Of a DNA stretch of 64,000 bases, positions 19,264 through 30,232 are shown piece by piece (position 1 is the first letter of the stretch; every line of letters starts with the position of its first letter). The DNA comes from Fervidobacterium sp. GTDB taxonomy: Bacteria > Thermotogota > Thermotogae > Thermotogales > Fervidobacteriaceae. The DNA lies in the NCBI GenBank assembly GCA_049970055.1, contig JBMFNR010000001.1:576001-640000 (forward strand). The letters run 5' to 3'. A program made the position numbers and the translations under genes. Under the pieces are notes generated by a model, which worked only from the letters and a program-made list of their open reading frames with translations, searched no databases and had not been told where the DNA came from.

Positions 19264-19301
19264 GGCCTATAAATGCAGATTAAGTGCAGAAGGTGAAACT
19301 A

Positions 19302-20000
19302 ATGAAATGGATAGTGGAAAAAAGCATCGGTGAGTTAAAAAAAGCGGTAACAAAAGAAGCTTGGTATGTTGAAGACATTCTAAGGCTTACGAGTGAAGCA
19401 TTTAAGGAGCGTAAAATTGAAACCGCAAAGATAGTGGAGGAACGTTGTTGGGATGTCTATAACGAATACTTGAATATTGTAAGAGGTTCACAGATCATTG
19501 TGGGCACATGCAATCCTGAAGGATACGCTCTCCGATTTTTGTTCGGTTCGGTATTGGTTTCAAAGATCTTACTCGATGCTAGTTCTCGCCTTAAAGATAT
19601 TTCAGACGATATCAAAATGTTGGTTAAGGAACCTGAAATGAACCAGAGTGCAATGGTACCGGAAATGTTTTCGTTTGTCCAGAAGATGATGAGAAGAGCG
19701 CTAAGAGTATACGTTGACCAAAATATCGAGGGAGCTCAGGGGATATGTAGCCAAGACGCATTTATGGATGAAATGTTTTTGAAGTTTAAAGATGAAATAA
19801 TAACATTGATTCAGAATAACCCAAGGGTTGTAAAAAGAGGTCTATTGTTAATGGATATATCTAAAGCTCTTGAGGAAATTTGTGATTTTGCAGTTCAGAT
19901 TATAGAAATTACATTTTACATATTGACCGGCAAAAATTATACATGTTACGGACACCAGTTTCAACTATTTTCTGTTGATGTCTTTAAGAGTATGGATTAA
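19302..20000 (+). CDS. PhoU-domain protein
   Basis: Two helical repeats; D..MDE.F and KALEEICD.A..I.E resemble PhoU. Confidence 0.7.
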   Translation: MKWIVEKSIGELKKAVTKEAWYVEDILRLTSEAFKERKIETAKIVEERCWDVYNEYLNIVRGSQIIVGTCNPEGYALRFLFGSVLVSKILLDASSRLKDISDDIKMLVKEPEMNQSAMVPEMFSFVQKMMRRALRVYVDQNIEGAQGICSQDAFMDEMFLKFKDEIITLIQNNPRVVKRGLLLMDISKALEEICDFAVQIIEITFYILTGKNYTCYGHQFQLFSVDVFKSMD

Positions 20001-20025
20001 GAACTAATGGACAGAATATCAAGGG

Positions 20026-23000
20026 GTGAACATTGTGCGCGTCCTTACAAGATATGTCCTAAAGCAATCTTTGAAACCGTTTGTCATGGGACTCGTGGGC
20101 TTCATAGTCTTTGTAAGTGTTGAATGGTTGTACCAAATCTCTGATTACATAATTAGAAATCGTGTTGGTATTGATAAATTACTCGTTTTCGTTATGTATA
20201 ATATCCCTTACTTTACTTTCCTCGGTATTCCTGTTGGGGTTCTCTTTTCGATATTCTGGGTTATAAGTGATATGTATAATAACAGAGAAATTACCGCCCT
20301 TTTAGTGCATGGAATAAGTTCAAAAAGCTTGGTTGTACCTTTTGTTATTTTAGCCTTAATTTTGGGTTTTTTTTCTTGGCTGCTTGGAGATTTTGTCGTT
20401 CCTACTGCCAATTACAAATCCTCACAGATATTGAATCAATACATATTTCAGTCCCCGGAAAGTATAGTTAAAACGAATACACTGGTGGAACTAGAAAAAG
20501 ATTTATATTTTTATGTAAAAGAATATAACAAGCAAAAAGGCGAGTTATACGATGTTGTGCTCTTCAGAAATGAAGAAGGAAATGAGCAAATCTTGACGGC
20601 AAAAAGAGTAGTAAAAATGAAAGATGGTTGGTTTCTATTAGACGGTTCTATGTACGTAGTTGAGTTGGAAAGTGGATTTCTAAAGCTTGAAATGCAATTT
20701 AAAGAGATGAAATTAGATGTTGCAGGAGAAATCGAAGAAATGCTAAGATCAGCCAAAACTACAAGAGATAAGACATCAAAGGAATTGAGAGAACAGTTGG
20801 AAACGTACAAAAAGCTTGGAATCAATACTGCAAATTTGGTTGTTGAACTCCAACAACGGTACGCAAATGCACTTGGTGCGTTGGTTATCGTATTAATTGG
20901 CTTGCCTGTTTCATTGCTTTTCGGATTCACAAGTAGGTCGTGGAGTATCATCGTTACGTTCATTATCGTTGTTTTGTATCAAGGTTCTGGTGCGTGGCTA
21001 TCTGGCATGGGCAAAGAAGGTTACATGGATCCAGTACTTGCAACATGGTTACCTAATATTGTTTTTACCATTGTTGGATCTATAATGTACATTCTAATTG
21101 ATACCCCCATAGCTTTTAGAGTGCGTGAATTTTTGACAAGGTTGTTCATCATTTTCATTATTTTGGCATCAGTAATAACTTTTACAAGCTCTACATCCTT
21201 TGCAGGCAATCAAATTTTTGTCAGATCACAGGATTTTTACGTTTCCGAGAGTATGGCGATTTTTAAAGGTACTGTTTCTTTCGCTTGGGATAACTATAAA
21301 CTGTATTGTGATGAAGCATCAGCAACAATAATTGATGGAAAAGTTAAATCGATTGAAGCGAGTGGTGACGTAAAGTTTTACGATAAGGATAGACTCTACC
21401 GTGCTAGAAATCTAAGGTACGATTTTGAATCGGAAAAGGCTTTGATGGTTCAGGCAAAAACAGTTTATAACTATAAATACAACAACAAGAATGTCCTAAT
21501 ATATGTTTATTCCTCAACGGTGGAGTACGATACTTCAAACTCTCTTGGCTTTCTTGAAAATTCCTATATAACAACTTGCGATTTTGAAGAGCCGCATTAT
21601 ATGATACTTTCATCGGAGATATATGTGCTTGAGAATAAATACATCATAGCCAAGAACTCTTTCCTTGTAGTCCTAGGGGTTCCTATTTTTCCCTATCCTT
21701 TGTATATCACAACACTTGAGGGGGTTCCTCCCTATTCATTCTCTATTTCATTTGGACAAACTTTGAATATTAGTCAAACTTTCAGTTTTTTGGTGAATGA
21801 TTGGGCAATTAGCATATCAACTGGATTTAACAATGTTTCTTTTAATTTCGAAGATACAAAAAATAAGCTTAACAAGTTAACTTACGATCAGGTTAAAAAG
21901 ACAATTGAATTCTCTTTAGCAACTTTTACATACAGATACAGCAACGGGATTGTTTATTATAAATACGATGGCCCCGTTTACCTGGAAGGTAACTATTACA
22001 ATGATAGTAACTACTACCAAAAGTTAGGAATTAACCTTCAAAATCAAAATGTTTATGTAAGGCCTTACATTATGTACGATGGAAAATTAAATGACACAGT
22101 AATATTACTTAACGGTGGTTTGAAAAATCTTTCTTTTAATTTATTCGCCGATAATATTCTAAATTTAACTGCGGTTGATAGTACCTATAAACTACAGACA
22201 GACGGCTACTTATTTGAGCAAGATAGTTCAAAAATTTGGTCGATGTACTATAAAACTTTGTATGATGTTTCTCTATCGAGTAAGTCAATAAATTATAACT
22301 TAAGCGTGAGCGGTAATGTGTACAAAAATGCTGAAAATAGAAACATATTGTACACCTTCCAATTTCCATGGAACTACAAAGACGGGCCATTTTCGCTTAA
22401 TTTTAATTACACGTTCTCGGTAAAAAGTTTTTACAATTACGCTAACAGCAAAGCAATACAATCTTTGGGAACAACCGATAAATATACCGTAATCGGAAAC
22501 TATTCATTTGGGCCATTTAAAACTTCTTTATCCTGGGATCAAACGTATAATTTTCTTGATGAATCAACAACAACGAATAAGAATCTCGTAAAAATATCAC
22601 TCGAATCAAATGCACAGGATATAGCTTTTTCCGTTAATAGGACCTGGGATGTTTTGAACGAGAAATTGTTGCCAGATAATCTTACATTGCGTTATAGTCA
22701 AGTTTTCAGTGGATTTGAATTTAATGGAAGCTTAACTACATCGTACGATAATACCTTAAAAAAAATTGGAAATGAAAATGTTTCGTTTGGTATTTCATGC
22801 AAACCTCTAACTTTAAGTTATACACTGCAATTTACTATTCAACCGGATAAACCTCTGGACGTGTTTGTACACACAATTAAGTACAGTAATCTTTCCATTA
22901 CAGCATACCAGCAAGCAGATTATGTTAAAAATTTAATAGCCTCGGGCAGCTTTAATCTTTTCGATTATAAATCGAATTTGAAACTGAACTATACAAAAAC

Positions 23001-23376
23001 CTCAAAAGATGCCGAGCCAGTTTGGAATTTCACCTACACGATGGAGAAAAAAGATGAGAAATACACCCTGTCATACAACAATGACGGCAAGAAGACTTAC
23101 AAAACCGAGATAAATCTTAAGACTTTCGATCCGTACATAAAACTCGGATTGACATTCAATCCTTCAACTAATTCATTGGACTATTTTTCGTTAAATATTG
23201 ATAAATCTTTGCACTGTTGGAGGCTCAATTTTGGTGTGGACTTCACAAATAGGAACGCCACTAACATCATAGACAATATAGATAAAATTTATATAAAATT
23301 CTACTTAACTGACATTACCGACAAATTCTTCGAATTTGATCCTAAAAATGGAACATTTAATTTCAGTGGGATGTGA
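20026..23376 (+). CDS. LptF/LptG-family permease fused to an LptD/OstA-like region
   Basis: N-terminal ~360 aa are YjgP/YjgQ-like (NREITAL, ATWLPN); then beta-jellyroll-like repeats, TTCD...PHY, a beta-rich region and LHCW near the C-terminus. Confidence 0.75.
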   Translation: MNIVRVLTRYVLKQSLKPFVMGLVGFIVFVSVEWLYQISDYIIRNRVGIDKLLVFVMYNIPYFTFLGIPVGVLFSIFWVISDMYNNREITALLVHGISSKSLVVPFVILALILGFFSWLLGDFVVPTANYKSSQILNQYIFQSPESIVKTNTLVELEKDLYFYVKEYNKQKGELYDVVLFRNEEGNEQILTAKRVVKMKDGWFLLDGSMYVVELESGFLKLEMQFKEMKLDVAGEIEEMLRSAKTTRDKTSKELREQLETYKKLGINTANLVVELQQRYANALGALVIVLIGLPVSLLFGFTSRSWSIIVTFIIVVLYQGSGAWLSGMGKEGYMDPVLATWLPNIVFTIVGSIMYILIDTPIAFRVREFLTRLFIIFIILASVITFTSSTSFAGNQIFVRSQDFYVSESMAIFKGTVSFAWDNYKLYCDEASATIIDGKVKSIEASGDVKFYDKDRLYRARNLRYDFESEKALMVQAKTVYNYKYNNKNVLIYVYSSTVEYDTSNSLGFLENSYITTCDFEEPHYMILSSEIYVLENKYIIAKNSFLVVLGVPIFPYPLYITTLEGVPPYSFSISFGQTLNISQTFSFLVNDWAISISTGFNNVSFNFEDTKNKLNKLTYDQVKKTIEFSLATFTYRYSNGIVYYKYDGPVYLEGNYYNDSNYYQKLGINLQNQNVYVRPYIMYDGKLNDTVILLNGGLKNLSFNLFADNILNLTAVDSTYKLQTDGYLFEQDSSKIWSMYYKTLYDVSLSSKSINYNLSVSGNVYKNAENRNILYTFQFPWNYKDGPFSLNFNYTFSVKSFYNYANSKAIQSLGTTDKYTVIGNYSFGPFKTSLSWDQTYNFLDESTTTNKNLVKISLESNAQDIAFSVNRTWDVLNEKLLPDNLTLRYSQVFSGFEFNGSLTTSYDNTLKKIGNENVSFGISCKPLTLSYTLQFTIQPDKPLDVFVHTIKYSNLSITAYQQADYVKNLIASGSFNLFDYKSNLKLNYTKTSKDAEPVWNFTYTMEKKDEKYTLSYNNDGKKTYKTEINLKTFDPYIKLGLTFNPSTNSLDYFSLNIDKSLHCWRLNFGVDFTNRNATNIIDNIDKIYIKFYLTDITDKFFEFDPKNGTFNFSGM

Positions 23377-24710
23377 TATTTTTGAGCACAGAGTTGCTTG
23401 AAAGATTTACCAAAGTATTGGAGCGGTACCTATCAAAAGGCTCTTCCATATTACTCGCAGTCTCCGGTGGTGTAGATTCCATTGTTATGCTTGACCTTTT
23501 TGATAGAGCAAAGCGACTGTTTAATTTAAGGATTGCAGTTGCAACATTTAATCATAAGCTAAGAAAAGAGGCATATGATGAGGTTCTTTTTGTTGAAAGC
23601 ATATGCTATGCAAGAAATATTGATTTTTTCAAAGGCGAAGGTGATGTGAAAGAATATGCAGAAAAAAACAAACTTTCAACGGAAGAAGCTGCGCGGATAT
23701 TACGTTATGATTTTTTAAATGCTATAGCTCAGAGATACAGCTTTGGATATATAGCTACAGCGCATAACTCTAACGATTTGCTCGAGACGATGATTTTACG
23801 TTTAGTGAAAGGTACAGGTCCCTTTGGTTTGGCGGCAATTAAACCATTGAGCGGAAAATATTTAAGACCGCTTTTATTTTTTTCAAGAGAGGAACTAGAA
23901 AATTACGCAAATCAGATGGGATTAAAATACGTTGTTGATAAATCCAATTTCGACATTCAATACAACAGAAATTTCCTACGGCACAAAGTTATTCCACTGT
24001 TGAAAGAAATCAATCCTTCAGTTGAAGATGCGTCACTAAAGCTTGCCAAAAGTATCTGGGAACTTGATGATTATATCGAGAATACTTTAAGATCACTGTC
24101 AAAAGATGTTACTAAAATTGCGGGTAGGGTTATATTCAAGCTTTTGGATGATGAATATTTGCAAATAGAACAAATTCGAAGGGAGGCACTTTCTTTTTTC
24201 GGGAAGCCTGTAGATTTTGAAAAGCTTGAGAGGTTTAAAAAAACCAAGAAAACAGGTAAAACTTCCTTTAAAATATCCTTGTGGGGAAATCTTGGTATTG
24301 AAATTTCTTATGGTTGGTGTATGATGGGAGATATACACAATTATCCAGCGTATGAACACGTTGTCTGCTTGGATCAAAAAGCTGATAAGAAAAGTATAAA
24401 TGTAAACGGCTACTTTATAACTTTTAGTTATTGTGATATAATCTCTAATAGGCTCAGCGAAATTTGTCTGAAAGTCCGAAATTGGAAAGAAGGCGATAGA
24501 GTAGCCAGCGAAAAGAAGGTTAAGGAAATATTCTCCAAGAAAAAATTGCCTACTTTTGTTAGAAAGTTGATACCAGTTGTGGTATTTCAAGACTTCCATC
24601 AGAAGAAAGAGGTAGTTGTTTATATTCCGTACGTATATGAAGGAAAGGATTTCTTAAAAGAATACGGAATATCGATCGAAGCGAAAGGAGGTTTGCATTT
24701 TGAATCGTAA
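23373..24710 (+). CDS. tilS: tRNA(Ile)-lysidine synthetase
   Basis: AVSGGVDS, EEAAR.LRY, TAHNSND, RNFLR. Confidence 0.93.
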   Translation: MIFLSTELLERFTKVLERYLSKGSSILLAVSGGVDSIVMLDLFDRAKRLFNLRIAVATFNHKLRKEAYDEVLFVESICYARNIDFFKGEGDVKEYAEKNKLSTEEAARILRYDFLNAIAQRYSFGYIATAHNSNDLLETMILRLVKGTGPFGLAAIKPLSGKYLRPLLFFSREELENYANQMGLKYVVDKSNFDIQYNRNFLRHKVIPLLKEINPSVEDASLKLAKSIWELDDYIENTLRSLSKDVTKIAGRVIFKLLDDEYLQIEQIRREALSFFGKPVDFEKLERFKKTKKTGKTSFKISLWGNLGIEISYGWCMMGDIHNYPAYEHVVCLDQKADKKSINVNGYFITFSYCDIISNRLSEICLKVRNWKEGDRVASEKKVKEIFSKKKLPTFVRKLIPVVVFQDFHQKKEVVVYIPYVYEGKDFLKEYGISIEAKGGLHFES

Positions 24711-26544
24711 CATAGGATCTATAATTTTTCTCATACTCATAGCCTTAAGTTTGTTTTGGATTTACGAAGGATTTATAAACACAAGAACTGGTATTGAGCT
24801 TAACATGAGTTACAGCGATTTTATTAAGCGTTTAGGTAACGGCGAGACGGATATAGCCGAGGTAATTATAAAAGACGATGGAAATCTGAGTGTTACTACC
24901 AAGCAAGGACGTTCTTATTCGATTTATGCACCATGGTTTAGATACGATGTTGAGACTATAAATAAACTGGTTGATTACGGAATAGTAGTTCAAGCTGAGA
25001 AGGTAACAGACAGTACTTTTTGGGTGAATGTTGTCGGTAATATAGCAATGTTTGTTATAACACTACTTTTGTTCGCCTTCATCATAAGAGGTCTTGGAAG
25101 GGGCAATAATCAAGCATTTACATTTACAAAAAGTAGGGCCGAGAAAGTGGGGCCAAATAAAATCAAAGTAACATTCAAAGATGTAGCTGGTGTGGACGAA
25201 GCCGTTGAGGAATTGAAGGAAACTGTAGAATTTTTGAAAAATCCTGGTAAATTCGCAAAGCTAGGTGCTAGAATGCCAAAAGGTATCTTACTTGTTGGAC
25301 CTCCGGGCACTGGTAAAACACTACTTGCTCGTGCTGTTGCAGGGGAAGCCAATGTTCCGTTTTTTCATATCAGTGGTTCAGATTTTGTAGAACTTTTTGT
25401 CGGTGTGGGAGCGGCAAGAGTTAGAGATCTATTTGAACAAGCGAAAGCAAGTGCACCTTGTATAGTGTTTATTGACGAAATCGACGCGGTTGGTAGACAC
25501 AGGGGAGCAGGTCTTGGTGGTGGACATGATGAAAGGGAACAGACATTGAACCAATTACTCGTTGAGATGGATGGCTTCGATGTTAATCAGGGTATAGTTG
25601 TTATGGCAGCTACCAATAGACCTGATATACTTGATCCTGCATTACTAAGGCCTGGAAGGTTTGATAAAAAAGTGGTAGTTGATCCACCGGATGTAAAGGG
25701 TCGGGAAGCTATATTGAAGATACACCTTAGGAACAAGCCAGTTGACAAGGATGTCGATGTTTCAGTGCTTGCAAAACGGACAACAGGTTTCGTAGGTGCT
25801 GATTTAGAAAATCTGGTCAACGAAGCTGCACTACTAGCTGCAAGAGAAGGGAGAAATATAATTAAAATGAATGACTTTGAGGAGGCCATTGATAGAGTAA
25901 TAGCGGGACCTGCAAGGAAATCAAGAGTTATTTCGGAAAAACAAAAGAGGATTGTGGCGTATCATGAAGTTGGACACGCGATTATAAGTTCTTCTTTACC
26001 GAACTCAGACCCAGTACACAGAATATCGATAACACCGCGTGGCTATGCGGCACTCGGATACACCTTACATTTGCCTGCTGAAGATAAATACCTCGTAAGC
26101 AAGAATGAATTACTTGATACTATAACCACACTGCTTGGTGGAAGAGCAGCTGAAGAATTGACTTTTGGAGACTTTACAAGTGGTGCTGCAAATGATATTG
26201 AGAGAGCGACGGAAATCGCAAGGAAGATGGTATGTGAATACGGAATGAGTGACAATTTTGGACCTCTGGCGTGGGGAAAAACGGAACAGGAAGTATTCCT
26301 TGGCAAAGAGCTCACAAGAATAAGAAATTACAGTGAAGAAGTTGCAAAGATGATAGACCATGAAATACAACATATCATAAAAACATGTTACGATAGAGCG
26401 AAAGACATACTTATTAAAAATCGCGAAAAAATGGAGCAGATTGTGGCTGTGTTGCTTGAGCGTGAAGTGATGAGTGGAGAAGAACTCAGGGCGATGCTAA
26501 ATGGTAATGAAAAAGGGTTTGAAGATCAACCACAACAAGTATAA
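24700..26544 (+). CDS. ftsH: ATP-dependent zinc metalloprotease FtsH
   Basis: Two TM helices, [24 protein letters not shown]. Confidence 0.98.
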   Translation: MNRNIGSIIFLILIALSLFWIYEGFINTRTGIELNMSYSDFIKRLGNGETDIAEVIIKDDGNLSVTTKQGRSYSIYAPWFRYDVETINKLVDYGIVVQAEKVTDSTFWVNVVGNIAMFVITLLLFAFIIRGLGRGNNQAFTFTKSRAEKVGPNKIKVTFKDVAGVDEAVEELKETVEFLKNPGKFAKLGARMPKGILLVGPPGTGKTLLARAVAGEANVPFFHISGSDFVELFVGVGAARVRDLFEQAKASAPCIVFIDEIDAVGRHRGAGLGGGHDEREQTLNQLLVEMDGFDVNQGIVVMAATNRPDILDPALLRPGRFDKKVVVDPPDVKGREAILKIHLRNKPVDKDVDVSVLAKRTTGFVGADLENLVNEAALLAAREGRNIIKMNDFEEAIDRVIAGPARKSRVISEKQKRIVAYHEVGHAIISSSLPNSDPVHRISITPRGYAALGYTLHLPAEDKYLVSKNELLDTITTLLGGRAAEELTFGDFTSGAANDIERATEIARKMVCEYGMSDNFGPLAWGKTEQEVFLGKELTRIRNYSEEVAKMIDHEIQHIIKTCYDRAKDILIKNREKMEQIVAVLLEREVMSGEELRAMLNGNEKGFEDQPQQV

Positions 26545-26594
26545 CCATGTGTATTTATGTTACTTACTTTTTGATACATACGGGGGGATAACTT

Positions 26595-26996
26595 GTGAAT
26601 GAGAATTTAAATAGTCTTCTTGGTCTAAATAAGTCTATGGAAATTGTTTCTGACGAATCCTTGGTGTGGGATGAAGACGATGAACTGTCACATTTGCATC
26701 TTGTATCGACTTCCGGCTTATTAAAAGAGATTAATTATGTTACTGGAATGTTTTTAAATCAATATCTTGAAGAGGAAAGTATATCAGTTGTCATATACAG
26801 TGATATTAGTCATTTAAAACCTGTTGTTGTTGGTGAAAGATTAGTTGTAGGTGTTAGAGTTGTTCAAGTCGAAAACAATATCGTCACATTTAAAGCTATA
26901 ATTATGAAAGAATCAGTAAAGATTGCTGAGGCAACGGTAAAAAGGGCAGTGGTGTCGAAGAATTACTTGAGAAGAAAAGCTTTAGAACAGATGTAA
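26595..26996 (+). CDS. Hotdog-fold thioesterase (FlK-like)
   Basis: VSTSGL, ISHLKPVVVG and KRAVV pattern typical of FlK-type proteins. Confidence 0.65.
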   Translation: MNENLNSLLGLNKSMEIVSDESLVWDEDDELSHLHLVSTSGLLKEINYVTGMFLNQYLEEESISVVIYSDISHLKPVVVGERLVVGVRVVQVENNIVTFKAIIMKESVKIAEATVKRAVVSKNYLRRKALEQM

Positions 26997-27015
26997 TAAA
27001 TACTTGGAGGTAACG

Positions 27016-28431
27016 ATGCGAAGGCCAAAAGATGAAGAATCATTTAAGGAATACAGTTATGTTCAGAAAATGAGAGCGACGGAAAAGATTTTAGAAAATA
27101 TATCGGGCAACCTCCCAAAGGTTGCCCTTATTTTTCCGAACGGATATGAAATTGCTAGCAGTTCTTTAGCCTGGAGCTGGGTTCAACAACTTTTATGTAA
27201 AAAAGGCATAGGTGTAGAAAGATTTTTTTACGAACCTTGGTTCAAGAGATTTTATTCTCTTGAAAGTCAAAAACCACTCGACGAGTTTCCCATATGGATG
27301 TTCACATTACAATTCGAAAACGATTTGTTAAACATTGCAGATATTTTGGTAAAACGAGGCATTCCATTGAATTCCGCCGATCGATTTGATTATCATCCAC
27401 TCATTATTATAGGTGGACCAGTTACGTTATTTAATTACAAAGTTGTTGAAGATCTTGCAGATTTTGTATTTGTAGGCGATCTGGAATGTTCGGTGGAAGA
27501 ATTCTCTAATGCGCTTGACACTTTCAGTGAAAGTAGATCAATCGATGAATTCTTGAAAGTTAAACGAGTCTATTCTAAAAAATTTGGTAAAATTAACTTT
27601 GAAAAGTGCTTTGGAAAATTAACTCCAGTTCCTTATTCACACTACATTACAAGTAGATCCACGTTTAAGAATAAACTTCTAGTGGAAGTCGGAAGAGGTT
27701 GTATTTGGCGTTGTGCATTTTGTGTAACTGGGTATACAAAAAAGCCTGTTAAATTTGCTAATCTCAATGATGTATTGGAATTGATGGAAAGGTACAAAGA
27801 GCTTGAGTTCGGTTTAATAAGTGCTTCAATTACTGATTACCCGTACCTAAATGAATTATTGGAGTTCGTCGAAAGAAATAATATAAGATTTTCGGTCTCA
27901 TCTATGAGAATCGATAAGGTAAGTTATAAATTACTTGATTTACTAAAAAGGACAGACCACCAATCGTTTACAGTTGCTCCAGAGGGAATATCACAAAAAA
28001 TGCGTGATATTATGATAAAGGATCTAACGGCAGATAAGATAATCCATGGTTTACGTATTGGGCGAGAAGTAGGTTTTGAGAGTGTTAAACTTTACTACAT
28101 AATCGGACTTGAAGAGGAAAGTGACGATGATTACAAAGAGTTCTTTGGGTTCATAAAAGACATACAAAAAATGGGTTATAAGAATATAACACTTAGTATA
28201 AACCCACTTGTTCCGAAACCTATGACGCCGTTTGAGAAAAGATCTATTATCTCGAAAAAAGACTACGAAGAACGGATGGTATTTATAAAGAAAAATCTGC
28301 ACAAAAATGTTAAAATAAATTTTGAAAGCTACAAGGAAAGTCTCGTTCAATACGAACTATCAAGTCTAAAAGGTATTGAAACAATCGAATATTTAATAAA
28401 TCATATCAAAAAAGAACAAAGTAAAGCATAG
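27016..28431 (+). CDS. Radical SAM protein
   Basis: EVGRGCIWRCAFC (CxxxCxxC), APEG, YYIIGL, VPKPMTPF. Confidence 0.9.
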   Translation: MRRPKDEESFKEYSYVQKMRATEKILENISGNLPKVALIFPNGYEIASSSLAWSWVQQLLCKKGIGVERFFYEPWFKRFYSLESQKPLDEFPIWMFTLQFENDLLNIADILVKRGIPLNSADRFDYHPLIIIGGPVTLFNYKVVEDLADFVFVGDLECSVEEFSNALDTFSESRSIDEFLKVKRVYSKKFGKINFEKCFGKLTPVPYSHYITSRSTFKNKLLVEVGRGCIWRCAFCVTGYTKKPVKFANLNDVLELMERYKELEFGLISASITDYPYLNELLEFVERNNIRFSVSSMRIDKVSYKLLDLLKRTDHQSFTVAPEGISQKMRDIMIKDLTADKIIHGLRIGREVGFESVKLYYIIGLEEESDDDYKEFFGFIKDIQKMGYKNITLSINPLVPKPMTPFEKRSIISKKDYEERMVFIKKNLHKNVKINFESYKESLVQYELSSLKGIETIEYLINHIKKEQSKA

Positions 28432-28591
28432 AGTATAAAAAACACCACTCTATGCATTACTTAGAGTTTTTTTATGGATATCCCTTAAGCCTAATGTTTA
28501 ATAAAAATTGTAGTTTCATGAGAAGAAATACAATTACAATCAGAATAATCATTACAGCTATAGTTACGCTTCCTCTTCGCATAATCCCTTA

Positions 28592-30028
28592 TCAGTATAT
28601 CCTTTTGTACTGATTGTAATTTCCTTTTGTCTTGTTTGTGGCCTTTAATATTCTGAACCCCTTCGAAGGTATGTTAAATCTGAGCACACCACCGACAATC
28701 CAAAATTCCTCTTGTGTGAATAAATCAACAAAACATGTGCCAGCAAGTAATCTACCGTCTGGTACCGATACAGCAATCTCTTGTTTGCCCGATTTGTTAA
28801 TTGCAACGACTATGTCATCGAGTACATAAGGGGTCCTTCTGAGAAAGACAAATGGTTCATCGTTAAGAACTTCGAAAGTACCAATCTTTAAGGCAGTCTG
28901 TGTCTTTCTTATTTCAATAATTTTTTTATAAAATCCCAAAAGTTCCCTATCCCATCTATCTTCATCCCAAACCATAGCAGCTCTGTTTTCTGGATCCGCT
29001 CCACCTTGCATTCCTATTTCGCTACCGTAATAGATAAATGGAACACCAGGATAAGTGAATTGTAGAATAATTGCAAGTTTCCTTAAAGATTTCTCAGGTA
29101 TAACCGTAGCAATACGAGGTGTATCGTGGCTATCAAGCATGTTCCAACAACCATATATGTTAGGAGTTAAATTGTAAGCACTTTGAAGTGGCTGTGTAAT
29201 ATTCTTTAATTCGCCTTTTAACCAGCCTACAACACTTTCTCTGAAATGGTAGTTCATAATACCATCGACAACTTCCCAATTCGATGGGAAATTCCAAGTT
29301 TCTGCTACAACATATTTTTCGACAGAAACAGCTTTAGCTCTTGCAGTGATTAGTGCTGTATTAACGTATCCAAGATCAAATGCAACATCCAAACGCCAAC
29401 CATCAATACCTAGTTTTAAATAATGTTCAACAACGCTTAAAAGATATTCCCGTACGGTTGTCTCCTCCCAATTCCACTCTGGCATATCTTGAACACCTTG
29501 CCATGATCTGTAACCATTTTTGTATATGGAAAATTTTGCAATATGCCTTTTATCTCCCTTAAGTGCCCTTTTAAACCATTTATTCTCTTTGCTTAGGTGA
29601 TTGAACACACCGTCGAGCATTACTCTGAAGTTATTTTCTTTAGCTGCTTTTAAATAGAACTTAAAAGCGCGTTCGCCTCCAAATTGAGGGTCAATTTTCA
29701 TATAATCTATCGTATCGTACTTGTGGTTTGATGGTGACAAGAAAATAGGAGTTGTGTAGATAAGGTTTACCCCGAGGTCCCTTAAATAATCAAGCTTTTC
29801 CGCTATTCCCCATAAGTCTCCACCGTAGAATTCGAAACAATGTTCAATGTTTGGTTTGTGTTTCGGTAACACGTACCAATCTGCTATTTTCCCTCCACGC
29901 GATGTGTAAAGCTGTGTTTTATCATGTACACTTTTCCCTTTACCTATAGCAAATCTGTCTGGAAAAATTTGGTAAATCACCGATTCGTATACCCAACTTG
30001 GTAATGGATAATGCATACTATGACACAC
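28592..30028 (-). CDS. GH13 neopullulanase/cyclomaltodextrinase-like glycosidase
   Basis: YQIFPDRF, DGVFNH, GWRLDVA, VAETW, LDSHD. The start may be ATG 30016. Confidence 0.92.
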   Translation of the reverse strand: MCHSMHYPLPSWVYESVIYQIFPDRFAIGKGKSVHDKTQLYTSRGGKIADWYVLPKHKPNIEHCFEFYGGDLWGIAEKLDYLRDLGVNLIYTTPIFLSPSNHKYDTIDYMKIDPQFGGERAFKFYLKAAKENNFRVMLDGVFNHLSKENKWFKRALKGDKRHIAKFSIYKNGYRSWQGVQDMPEWNWEETTVREYLLSVVEHYLKLGIDGWRLDVAFDLGYVNTALITARAKAVSVEKYVVAETWNFPSNWEVVDGIMNYHFRESVVGWLKGELKNITQPLQSAYNLTPNIYGCWNMLDSHDTPRIATVIPEKSLRKLAIILQFTYPGVPFIYYGSEIGMQGGADPENRAAMVWDEDRWDRELLGFYKKIIEIRKTQTALKIGTFEVLNDEPFVFLRRTPYVLDDIVVAINKSGKQEIAVSVPDGRLLAGTCFVDLFTQEEFWIVGGVLRFNIPSKGFRILKATNKTKGNYNQYKRIY

Positions 30029-30232
30029 TCCTCTTCACTAGTTTGTTAATTTACATAAAACTTGCGTACATAAAATTATAGCATAATTATTTATACGGTT
30101 CCACACATATAGTGTACTCTGACAGTTGAGTGAATAGTTGAACAACGCTATTTGTGTGGTATAATACTCTGGAAGCTTAAAAAGTTAAATTAAAAAGAAA
30201 AGATCCTAAACTAAAAACGTGGGGGGAAGTAT

